Positions 1 to 8,949 of a stretch of 64,000 nt of DNA are shown piece after piece. The translations under genes and the position numbers were made by a program. The DNA comes from Candidatus Eiseniibacteriota bacterium (GTDB lineage: Bacteria > Eisenbacteria > RBG-16-71-46 > CAVPCR01), in NCBI GenBank assembly GCA_963823555.1, contig CAWGMA010000002.1, positions 608,001 to 672,000 of the forward strand. The letters are read 5' to 3'. The first letter of the stretch is position 1. The number at the start of each line of letters is the position of its first letter. The notes under the pieces are model-generated. The model was not told where the DNA came from. It saw only the letters and a program-made list of their open reading frames with translations, and did not search any database.

Positions 1-1681
1 CGATGTCGCGCCGCGCGACCTCTTGCCCTCCTTCATCTATATCGCCGGCGAGCACGATCTCCCCGAGGGCAGCCTCGATCTGCCCTGGGCCAGGCGCCGT
101 CGCTACGGGGTCGGCGAGTTCGCCCGCGAGCGCGGTGCGGAGGTGCCGGGGCGGGTCGTCGCCTCCGCCAAGTCGTGGCTACGCCATGCCGGCGTCGATC
201 GCACATCGCCGCTCCTGCCCTGGGAAGCGCCCGAGGATGTCGAGCGGCTGTCGCCGCTCGTGGCACAGCAGCGCATCCTCGAGCATCTCCGCGACACCTG
301 GAACGCGCGCGCCGCGGAGAAGAATCTCCGCCTCGAGAAGCAGGAGGTGTATCTCACCGTTCCCGCCTCCTTCGACGCGGCGGCACGCGAGCTCACCGCC
401 CGCGCGGCGGCGGAGGCCGGTTTCGAGCACGTCACGCTCATCGAGGAACCGCAGGCCGCGTTCTACGCCTGGCTCGATCACCTGGGCGAGTCCTGGCGCG
501 AGAAGGTCGAGGTGGGCGATCTCGTCCTCGTCTGCGATGTCGGGGGCGGCACCACCGACCTCAGCCTGATCGCTGTCTCCGAGGAGGCGGGCAGCCTCGT
601 CCTCGAGCGCGTCGCCGTGGGTGATCACCTCCTTCTCGGCGGCGACAACATGGATCTCGCGCTCGCGCACGCCGTGGCGGCGAAGCTCGCGCGCGACGGG
701 CACAAGCTCGATGGCTGGCAGATGCGGAGCCTGTGGCACAGCTCGCGCGCCGCCAAGGAGCGGCTCCTGGCCGATGAAACGGTGACGAGCGAGCCGATCG
801 TCGTCCTGGGGCGCGGCTCCAGGCTGATCGGCGGCACGATCCGCACCGAGCTCACGCGCGAGGAAGTGGTGAGCGTGCTCGTCGATGGTTTCTTCCCGGT
901 CTGCGCGGCGAGCGATCGGCCGCATGCCGAGTCGAAGAGCGGCATGCGCGAGCTTGGCCTGCCCTACGAGGCCGATCCCGCCGTGACCCGCCACATCGCC
1001 TGGTTCCTGGCGCGCCATGCGCCGGAGGGCGAGAACGGGCGGCGCCTGCCGACTGCGGTTCTCATGAACGGCGGCGTCATGAAGTCGCCCGCGCTCGCGG
1101 GGCGAGTGATGGAGGTGCTCGGTGGCTGGGCGGGTCAGCCCCTCAAGCTCCTGGAGAGCGCCGATCTCGATCTCGCGGTGGCGCGCGGTGCGGCCTACTA
1201 CGGGCTCGCGCGGCGCGGGCGGGGCGTTCGCATCCGCGGCGGCACGGCGCGTGCCTATTACATCGGCATCGAAACCGCGATGCCCGCCGTGCCCGGTGTG
1301 CCCGCCCCGCTCAAGGCGGTGTGCGTGGCGCCCTTCGGCATGGAGGAGGGAAGCGAGGCGGCGCTCCGCGATCGCGAGTTCGGCCTCGTCGTCGGCGAAC
1401 CGGTCGCGTTTCGCCTCCTCGCCTCGAGCGTGCGCCGCGACGATGGGATCGGCGCCGTGGTCGAGAGCTGGGAGTTCGACGATCTCGAGGAGCTCGAACC
1501 CGTCGTGGCCACCCTGCCTGCCGCCGAGGGGACCGGCGGGACCACGGTTCCGGTGCGGATCGTGTCGCGCGTGACGGAGATCGGCACGCTCGAGATCTGG
1601 TGCGTCGCCCGCGATGCGGCCGACCGCCGCTGGAAGCTGGAGTTCAACGTGCGCGAGCAGGTGACGGAGCAACCAAGATGA
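1..1681 (+). CDS. Hsp70/DnaK-family protein (atypical), 5' end outside window
   Basis: Hsp70 motifs LTVPASFD, LIEEPQAAFY, VCDVGGGTTD, LLLGGDNMD and LAVARGAAYY in the ORF 23..1681; the N-terminal GIDLGTT motif lies upstream of the window. Confidence 0.9.
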   Translation, partial: DVAPRDLLPSFIYIAGEHDLPEGSLDLPWARRRRYGVGEFARERGAEVPGRVVASAKSWLRHAGVDRTSPLLPWEAPEDVERLSPLVAQQRILEHLRDTWNARAAEKNLRLEKQEVYLTVPASFDAAARELTARAAAEAGFEHVTLIEEPQAAFYAWLDHLGESWREKVEVGDLVLVCDVGGGTTDLSLIAVSEEAGSLVLERVAVGDHLLLGGDNMDLALAHAVAAKLARDGHKLDGWQMRSLWHSSRAAKERLLADETVTSEPIVVLGRGSRLIGGTIRTELTREEVVSVLVDGFFPVCAASDRPHAESKSGMRELGLPYEADPAVTRHIAWFLARHAPEGENGRRLPTAVLMNGGVMKSPALAGRVMEVLGGWAGQPLKLLESADLDLAVARGAAYYGLARRGRGVRIRGGTARAYYIGIETAMPAVPGVPAPLKAVCVAPFGMEEGSEAALRDREFGLVVGEPVAFRLLASSVRRDDGIGAVVESWEFDDLEELEPVVATLPAAEGTGGTTVPVRIVSRVTEIGTLEIWCVARDAADRRWKLEFNVREQVTEQPR

Positions 1682-4602
1682 CAACCACGATGTCCGGCGA
1701 CGACAGAGAGCGCTCGCGCTATCTGGTGGGGATCGATCTCGGCACCACCAACTCGGCGGTCGCGTACATCGACACCCGCGAGCGAACCGGTGACACGCCT
1801 CGAGTCCACGGCTTCGACGTGCCGCAGCTCGTGGCCGAAGGCGACACCCAGCCGCGATCCACCTTGCCATCCTTCCTCTACCTGCCGGGCGCTCACGAGC
1901 TGCCCGCGGGGGCCACGCGCTTGCCGTGGGATCCGGCACGCGATCACGCGGTCGGCGAGTTCGCGCGCCGGCAGGGGGCGCGCGTGCCGGCGCGTCTCGT
2001 CACCTCGGCCAAGTCGTGGCTCTGCCATGGCGGCGTCGATCGCACCGCCCGCATCCTGCCCTGGGGCGATGCCAGCGATGAGGTGGCGCGACTGTCCCCG
2101 GTCGAGGCCTCGAGCCGCTATCTCGCCCACATGCGCGAGGCGTGGAATCACGCCATCGCGGGCGGCGACGAATCTCTGTTCCTCGAGCGACAGGAGGTCG
2201 CGCTCACGGTCCCCGCTTCGTTCGACGAGGTGGCGCGCGAGCTCACGCTCGAGGCGGCGCGCCAGGCGGGTCTCACCCGGGTGACGATGATCGAGGAGCC
2301 GCAGGCGGCCTTCTATGCCTGGATCGTCGGCCATGAATCGTCGTGGCGGGAGTCATTGCACGCCGGGCAGGTCATCCTGGTCTGCGATGTCGGCGGCGGT
2401 ACCACCGACTTCACCCTGATCGTCGTCGATGAGGGGCAGAAGGGCCTCCGCTTCGAGCGCGTCGCCGTCGGCGAGCACCTGCTTCTCGGCGGGGACAACA
2501 TGGATCTCGCGCTCGCGCGCCGGGTCGAGGAGCGGCTCACCGGGAAGACCGGGAAGCTCGAGCCGCAAGCCTGGGCCGGGCTCGTGCACGCCGCGCGTCT
2601 CGCCAAGGAGGATCTGCTCGCCGAGGAGTCCGGCGCGCCCACGACCGTGCCCATCACCCTCCTCGGCAAGTCGACGAGCGTGGTCGGCGGTTTGCTCCGC
2701 GACGAGCTCGCCCGCGACGAGACCGCGGAGACGATTCTCTCGGGGTTCTTCCCCCTGGTGCCGCCGGATGCCGAGCCGGAGCGACGGAAGGCCGGCTTTT
2801 CCGAATTCGGATTGCCGTACGTCGCCGATGCGGCCGTGACGAAGCATCTCGCCTCGTTCCTGCGCCGGCATCGCGACGCGGCGGCCGAGATCAACCCGAG
2901 GAGCGTCTCGAAGACGGGCCTGGTGCGTCCCGATGCCATCCTCTTCAACGGGGCGGCGCTCACACCCGAGCCCCTGCGTCATCGCGTGCGCGATGCCATC
3001 GCCCAGTGGTTCAAGGGCGAGGATCCCGCGTACGAGCCGGTGCTGCTCACGAGCCCGAGCCTCGCCCTGGCCGTGGCGCGGGGTGCCGCCTACTACGGGC
3101 ACGTGCGCCGCGGCAAGGGTGTGCGCATCCATGGCGGGAGCGCGCGCGGGTACTACGTCGGCATCGATCTCCAGGCGGCGCCGCCGGAGGCGGCCCAGGC
3201 GGTGGCGGGGCTCGCGGATCCGGTCGCCGTCGTGTCGGTGGTCCGGCGCGGCACCGAGGAGGGCACCACGGTCGAGCTCGATCGTCCCTTCGAGGCGCAC
3301 GTCAACCGACCGGTGGCCTTCAACCTCTACTCCTCGAGCGTGCGCACCGATCCGACCGGTGATCTCGTCGTCGTCGAGCGCGACGCGGTGGTGCCGCTGC
3401 CGCCGATTCGCACCCTCCTCCGCTTTGGCAAGAAGACGGGAGAGCGGCGGCTGCCGGTCAGGATCGGCGCCCGGCTCACCGAGCTCGGGACGCTCGACAT
3501 CTACTGCTTTTCCAAGGAGACCGAGCACCGCTGGCGCCTCGAGTTCCAGCTCCGCGACGCGATGGCGGCCGCCGCCGAGGGCGAGGCGGCTCCCGGCGGC
3601 ATCGAGGATCGCGGCGTGACGATCGACGAGTCGATCGTCGAGGGGCTGGATGCCGTGATACGCGCCTGCTTCGATCCGACATGGGAGGGCGAGCCGATCC
3701 CGCCGGCGCGCGTCATGCGCGAGCTCCGCACCGTTCTCGATCTCGAGAAGGAGGAGTGGCCGCTTCCCGTCCTGCGCAAGCTCGGCGAGCTACTCTTGAA
3801 GGTGCGCGAGTCCCGGCGGAAGAGTGCGGCGCACGACGCGCGCTGGACCAACCTCGCCGGCTACGCCCTCCGCCCGGGCTTCGGCTATCCGATGGACGAC
3901 TGGCGGTTGAAGGAGCTGTGGAAGATCTGGCACGCGGGCATCCTGCATCCCGGCGACGAGCAATGTCGCACCGAGTGGTGGATCCTGTGGCGGCGTGTGG
4001 CGGGCGGTCTTTCGCAGGGGCAGCAGGAGCAGATCCATGCCCAGCTCGCGCCCTCGTTGGTTGCCGGCCCGGCCAAGCGCTCGAAGGAAGGGAAGCGCCT
4101 CGGCAAGCAGGAACAGGTCGAGATGTGGCGGTGCGCGGTGAGCCTCGAGGAGCTCGATCGCGCGCGCAAGGTGGATTACGGTCAGGCGCTCGCCGATCGC
4201 GTCGAGCGCGGAGCGACCGCGGCGGATCTGTGGGCGCTCGGCCGGGTCGGGGCGCGCGTGCCGTTCCACGGCCCCGCCAATCAGGTGGTGAACCGGCGCG
4301 CGGTCGAGGGCTGGATCCGGCGCCTGGTAGTCGGGGAGTGGCGCCTGCCGGAGGCGACGGCGGTGGCGCTCGCGCACATGGCGCGGCGCACGGGCGACCG
4401 GGAGCGCGACATCGACGAGGGCTTGCGCGCCGAGGCGGCCGAGAAGATCGCGCGAGCGGCAGCAGGGGCGGAGGGGAAGACGAAGCACGCGTTCGAGCGG
4501 GCGCGTGTGCTCGTTCTCGAGGGCGGCGAGCTCGAGCGCGAGGAGGCGAGCGAGGCCTTCGGCGAGGCGCTGCCGGCGGGGCTGGTGCTGGTGGGGGAGT
4601 GA
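1678..4602 (+). CDS. Hsp70-family protein with long C-terminal DUF3731-like extension
   Basis: VGIDLGTTNS, LTVPASFDE and CDVGGGTTD motifs; C-terminal region WTNLAGYALRPGFGYPMDDWR...EWWILWRRVAGGL; ATG overlaps the upstream TGA (ATGA). Confidence 0.9.
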   Translation: MTTTMSGDDRERSRYLVGIDLGTTNSAVAYIDTRERTGDTPRVHGFDVPQLVAEGDTQPRSTLPSFLYLPGAHELPAGATRLPWDPARDHAVGEFARRQGARVPARLVTSAKSWLCHGGVDRTARILPWGDASDEVARLSPVEASSRYLAHMREAWNHAIAGGDESLFLERQEVALTVPASFDEVARELTLEAARQAGLTRVTMIEEPQAAFYAWIVGHESSWRESLHAGQVILVCDVGGGTTDFTLIVVDEGQKGLRFERVAVGEHLLLGGDNMDLALARRVEERLTGKTGKLEPQAWAGLVHAARLAKEDLLAEESGAPTTVPITLLGKSTSVVGGLLRDELARDETAETILSGFFPLVPPDAEPERRKAGFSEFGLPYVADAAVTKHLASFLRRHRDAAAEINPRSVSKTGLVRPDAILFNGAALTPEPLRHRVRDAIAQWFKGEDPAYEPVLLTSPSLALAVARGAAYYGHVRRGKGVRIHGGSARGYYVGIDLQAAPPEAAQAVAGLADPVAVVSVVRRGTEEGTTVELDRPFEAHVNRPVAFNLYSSSVRTDPTGDLVVVERDAVVPLPPIRTLLRFGKKTGERRLPVRIGARLTELGTLDIYCFSKETEHRWRLEFQLRDAMAAAAEGEAAPGGIEDRGVTIDESIVEGLDAVIRACFDPTWEGEPIPPARVMRELRTVLDLEKEEWPLPVLRKLGELLLKVRESRRKSAAHDARWTNLAGYALRPGFGYPMDDWRLKELWKIWHAGILHPGDEQCRTEWWILWRRVAGGLSQGQQEQIHAQLAPSLVAGPAKRSKEGKRLGKQEQVEMWRCAVSLEELDRARKVDYGQALADRVERGATAADLWALGRVGARVPFHGPANQVVNRRAVEGWIRRLVVGEWRLPEATAVALAHMARRTGDRERDIDEGLRAEAAEKIARAAAGAEGKTKHAFERARVLVLEGGELEREEASEAFGEALPAGLVLVGE

Positions 4603-4763
4603 TGGCGAGTCCAGTGCTTCGCCTTTGCGTAAATGTTGCGAGCTCGGCTTTGCGAACCCAGTTTCGCGAAGTGTGATTGGCGAAGTGGTTATGCAGCGAG
4701 TTGATGGGCGGCGATCCGTGTGTGTGCCGGCCGCAGAAATATGCTCGTGGATGCAGAAAGTGC

Positions 4764-4792
4764 TTGCTCGGCGATGGCGACATCGTTAGTCT
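4764..4792 (+). promoter_or_regulatory. Putative sigma70 promoter of the HNH gene, with a palindrome in the spacer
   Basis: TTGCTC-17 bp-TAGTCT; the spacer contains CGATG-gcga-CATCG; RBS GAAGGAG precedes ATG 4850. Confidence 0.45.
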
Positions 4793-4849
4793 GATTGCGA
4801 GTTTCCCTCCCCGCGACAATTCAGCAAGACCCCCGGAAGGAGCATCGCC

Positions 4850-6306
4850 ATGTCGACCTCCGTTCCCGTGGTTGTGCCCGATCGTGTCGCGCCCACGCTT
4901 CCTCCCACCAATCTGACAGCCGAGACCCTGCACACGGAGTTCCTCCGCCAGGCCCGGGTCGCGAGCTGCAACACGTGGCGGCTCCTGGTCCTCATCCGGG
5001 AGATGGATGCCTGCGAGGGCTACGAGCACTTCGGGTGCACCACCCTCGCTCATTACCTCGAGCTCGTCTGCGGCATCACCGGGGTCGCGGCCCGGGAGCG
5101 GATCCGGGTCGCGTTCGCGCTCGAGTCGTTGCCGGCGCTCGAGGCGGCGCATTGCGGTGCGGCGAGCTCTCGTACTCCAAGGTGAGGGCGGTGACGCGGG
5201 TGGCGACGGCGGAGACGGAGGGGGAGTGGCTCCGTGCGGCGCGGGAGCGGACGGCGGAGGAGCTCGAGGTGATGGCGGCGCGGGCGACGCGGGGGGAGCC
5301 GACGAGGAGGCGGCTCCTCACGAAGGCGGTCAACGCGCACACGACGCGGATGGTGGTGGATCTCCCGGCGGAGGAGATGATGGTGGTGATGCGGGCGCTG
5401 GAGCGGATCCGGCGTGAGGCTGGCGGGAGCCTCTCGGGGTCGGAGGCGCTCGTCTACCTGGCGGCGGACTCGCTCTCGGGGGAGGTGGGGGAGGTCCGGA
5501 CGGCGGAGCGCTACGAGGTGGTGGTGCACGTGGGCGAGGATGGCGGGAGCTGGGTCGAGACCGACGACGCGGCGGGGGAAGCGCCGTTACCGCGGGAGGT
5601 CGTCGAGCGGCTCCTCTGCGACTGTGCGCTCCGGGTGGTCAGGGAGGGGAAGGAGGGGCTCGCGGCGAGCCGTCGCACGCGCACGGTGCCCGAGGTGACA
5701 CGGCGCGCGGTGGCGCTCCGCGATGGGCACCGCTGCCGGGTCCCGGGCTGCCGGCGGCGGCTGTGGCTCGACCTCCATCATCTCGTGCCGGTGTGGGAGG
5801 GCGGGCGGCATGTGCGCTCGAATCTCGTCTACCTCTGCCGGTTCCACCATCAGCTGGTGCACGCGGGGCTCTTGCGCTGCGAGCGGGTGGAGGGGGAACT
5901 CCGGTTCGTGGCGGTGCGGGGTGAGCGATGGGTCATGGGAGAAGCCGGGGCGATGGGAGACGAGGAGTTCTGGGAGTGGCTCCGGGAGGCGGAGGCGGGG
6001 GCTGAGGATGCGGAGTCGGAGCCGATGGAGAAGATGGAGACGATGGAAGCCGTGGTGACCGCAGGCGGGGACCCGGAGGAGCTGCGCTCGACTTACTACC
6101 GCTCGCGGCACCGGCGGCCGTGGCAGGCGCACGAGCGGCGGGCGGCCTACCGTGTTTCCGCGGAAACATCGGCCGGCCGCGTTCCAGCGGAAACACCTCC
6201 AGTATATGTTTCCGCGGAAACATCCCGCCGAGTTCCGGTGACACCCCCGGCCATGTTCCAGCGGAAACAGCTCGCAGAACTCTCTCAAGGGCGGAGTTCT
6301 CGCTGA
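4850..6306 (+). CDS. DUF222-domain HNH endonuclease (one frameshift near 5150)
   Basis: ORF 4850..5185 (ARERIRVAFALESLP) continues in another frame as GELSYSKVRAVTRVA; ERYEVVVHV and RLLCDC motifs; HNH RDGHRCRVPGC...HHLVPVWEGG...NLVYLCRFHHQLVH. Confidence 0.85.
6153..6269. repeat. Array of four 15-18 bp palindromic repeats, GTTTCCGCGGAAACA / GTTCCAGCGGAAACA
   Basis: Copies start at 6154, 6181, 6208 and 6255; 6153-6168 and 6206-6223 are perfect palindromes; the first three have a 27-bp period. Confidence 0.9.
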
Positions 6307-6330
6307 ACCAGTGGATCAGCCTGTCTCCGC

Positions 6331-6345
6331 TGGCACGACGTTTGC
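6331..6345 (+). promoter_or_regulatory. Putative sigma54 (-24/-12) promoter upstream of the peroxidase gene
   Basis: TGGCACGACGTTTGC matches the TGGCAC-N5-TTGC consensus. Confidence 0.6.
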
Positions 6346-6527
6346 GATATGCGCGCCAGGGTTCCTCCTTGCTGGCTGTCCAGCGCCACAGCTGAACACA
6401 CCAGGACATTGTTGCGATTATTGCCCTGGCACAACGTCGATGGATGAGTTGAGAGGTCGCCACAGCAAGTGGTAGCATCCTCCGGTTCCCACCCGCGCCG
6501 ACATCTGCAACCCAGAGGAGGCACCTC

Positions 6528-7964
6528 ATGAAGTGCCTGGCAGCTCTTGTCGTCGTGTGCCTTGCGTGCCTCCTGCCCACTATCACCTTCGCTGACCTGA
6601 CACCTCTCGAGCAGCTGGGCAAGGAGCTCTTCTTCGACACCAACCTCTCCACGCCGCCGGGCCAGTCCTGCGCCGCCTGCCATGCTCCGGAGTGGGGATT
6701 CACGGGCCCTGATACGGCGCTCAATGAGGCCGGTGCGGTCTATCCGGGAGCGGTTCACACCCGGTTCGGAAATCGCAAGCCCCCGACCTCGGCCTACGGT
6801 GGCGAGAGCCCCGTTCTCTACTACGACGATGTCGAGGAGGTGTGGATCGGGGGCATGTTCTGGGACGGCCGGGCGACCGGCTGGACCCTGGGCGATCCAC
6901 TGGCCGAGCAGGCTCAGGGTCCGTTCCTGAATCCCCTCGAGCAGAACAACCCCAGTCCGAAGCTGGTCTGCATCAAGGTCAGCCAGTCGGACTACGCCGA
7001 CCTCTTCGAGCAGGTGTGGGGGCCGGGATCCCTCGATTTCGTGCATGACGTCGCGGGCACGTACGAGCGCATCGCCCGCTCGATCTCGGCCTACGAGCAG
7101 TCGCCGGAGGTGAACCCCTTCTCCTCCAAGTTCGACATCGCGCCCGACCTCTTCACTCCGGAAGAGGAGTGGGGGCTCGAGCTCTTCAACGACCCGGCGA
7201 AGGGGAACTGCGCCGCATGCCATCCCAGCGACGGGACAGGCGCCCTCTTCACCGATTTCACGTATGACAATCTCGGTGTTCCAAAGAACCCCGAGAATCC
7301 CTTCTACTCGATGCCGCCCAAGTGGAACCCGAGCGGCTACGACTGGATCGACCCCGGTCTCGGCGGCTTCCTGGCTCGTGCCGGCTACGAGGGGCAGGCA
7401 GCGGAGAACATGGGGAAGCACAAGGTCCCGACCCTGCGCAACGTGGGACAGAAGCCGGGGAGCGATCTGGTGAAGGCCTATGGCCACAACGGCTACTTCA
7501 AGACCCTGAAGGAGATCGTCCACTTCTACAACACGCGCGACGTGGAGCCGTGGCCGGCGCCCGAGGTGCCGGAGAACGTCAACCGGGATGAGCTCGGCAA
7601 TCTCGGTCTGACCGACGAGGAAGAGGATGCGATCGTCGCCTTCCTCGAGACGTTGACCGATGGTTACGAGCGGCCTGTGCCGTACGCGCCTGGCGGAGCG
7701 CGCTCACCGGCGCTCGCCCTCGACATGCGCGCCTACCCCAACCCCCTGCGCGGGGACGGCGTGATCGAGTGGTTGAGCGAGAATCCTGCGACCTCGTTGC
7801 GGCTCTACAACGCGGCCGGCCGCCTCGTCGTCGAGCGGAGCGTCGAGGGCAACCGCATCTCGTGGCAGAGCTTCGCTGGACAGCGGAACCTGCCGTCCGG
7901 TGTCTACTTCCTCAAGATGGATGGGGTCGAGCATGCCCCCTTGCGCATCATCCTGAACCACTAG
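6528..7964 (+). CDS. Secreted di-haem cytochrome c peroxidase (bCcP/MauG family) with T9SS/FlgD-like C-terminal domain
   Basis: Signal peptide; two CAACH haem motifs; LGKELFFD, FWDGRA, QAQGPF and KVPTLRNV; tail AYPNP...LYNAAGRLV...LPSGVYFLK. Confidence 0.88.
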   Translation: MKCLAALVVVCLACLLPTITFADLTPLEQLGKELFFDTNLSTPPGQSCAACHAPEWGFTGPDTALNEAGAVYPGAVHTRFGNRKPPTSAYGGESPVLYYDDVEEVWIGGMFWDGRATGWTLGDPLAEQAQGPFLNPLEQNNPSPKLVCIKVSQSDYADLFEQVWGPGSLDFVHDVAGTYERIARSISAYEQSPEVNPFSSKFDIAPDLFTPEEEWGLELFNDPAKGNCAACHPSDGTGALFTDFTYDNLGVPKNPENPFYSMPPKWNPSGYDWIDPGLGGFLARAGYEGQAAENMGKHKVPTLRNVGQKPGSDLVKAYGHNGYFKTLKEIVHFYNTRDVEPWPAPEVPENVNRDELGNLGLTDEEEDAIVAFLETLTDGYERPVPYAPGGARSPALALDMRAYPNPLRGDGVIEWLSENPATSLRLYNAAGRLVVERSVEGNRISWQSFAGQRNLPSGVYFLKMDGVEHAPLRIILNH

Positions 7965-8040
7965 TCGGGTCGATCGAGCGGAGCCCTGGGCCTTTCCGCC
8001 AGGGCTCCGCGTCCACCTCACGCGTGCAGGAATCTCCGTC

Positions 8041-8925
8041 ATGATCAAGCAACCGGCGCGCTGGCCCCTCCTGCTTGTCGCCCTGCTGCTTGGCGCCGCC
8101 ACCGCGAGCGCGGCGGCGGCTCAGGTATGGAACGAGGCCGGCGACGCCGGCGATCTCCCCGCGACCGCCCAGGTCCCACTGGGTTCAGGAGCGCTCACCG
8201 CGATCATCGGAACGCTCTCGGCCGGTGGCGACGCCGACCTCTATCTCATACGGATCGATGATCCGGCCACCTTCGAGGCCTCGACCTGCAGCAGCGATCC
8301 CGACACCCAGCTCTGGCTCTTTGCGCGGGATGGGAATGGCATCACGTTCGATGATGACGATCCGGATTGCGGCGTGCTCTCGACGATCACGCCCGCGAAC
8401 GTGACCGTCGCTGGCAGCTACTACCTCGGCGTGAGCGCCTATGACTGGGACGCGCTCGATGCCCAGGGCCGCGAGATCTGGCTCGACGCGCCCTACGATG
8501 AGGAGCGGGCCCCCGACGGTCCAGGTGCACCCGGTCCGCTCGCAGCATGGGGAGGTGTCGCCTACGAGGAGGGGAGCTACGAGATCAGCCTCGCCGGCGT
8601 CTCGTGGCCGCAGATCGGGATCAGCGAGGTCCCGGCGCCGGCGGCCGTGTTCGTTCTCCACGGGAACACGCCCAATCCGTTCAATCCGGCGACGACGATC
8701 TCCTATGAGGTCCCGGTGTCGGCGGCGGTCGACCTGCGTGTTTACGACGCGACGGGGCGGCTCGTGCGCGTGCTGGCCGCGGGCTTCCAGACCGGACCCG
8801 CGGCGTATCGCGTCATCTGGGACGGCCGCGACGGCGCCGGCCGCCGGGCGGCATCGGGGACGTACTTCTATCGTCTCGAGGCGGGGTCATTCTCCGCCGC
8901 GCGGGCCATGGTGCTGATCCGGTGA
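8041..8925 (+). CDS. Secreted protein (PPC/DVUA0089-like domain) with FlgD-Ig C-terminal domain
   Basis: Signal peptide; DPDTQLWLF...DDD motif; tail PNPFNPATTISY...WDGRDGAGRRAASGTYFYRL. Confidence 0.75.
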   Translation: MIKQPARWPLLLVALLLGAATASAAAAQVWNEAGDAGDLPATAQVPLGSGALTAIIGTLSAGGDADLYLIRIDDPATFEASTCSSDPDTQLWLFARDGNGITFDDDDPDCGVLSTITPANVTVAGSYYLGVSAYDWDALDAQGREIWLDAPYDEERAPDGPGAPGPLAAWGGVAYEEGSYEISLAGVSWPQIGISEVPAPAAVFVLHGNTPNPFNPATTISYEVPVSAAVDLRVYDATGRLVRVLAAGFQTGPAAYRVIWDGRDGAGRRAASGTYFYRLEAGSFSAARAMVLIR

Positions 8926-8949
8926 AGCCTCCGTGGTAAGCTCCTCCCG

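Noticed and set aside
6153..6269. CRISPR array
   Set aside because: Units are 15-18 bp with ~11-bp spacers, far too short, and there are no cas genes in the window
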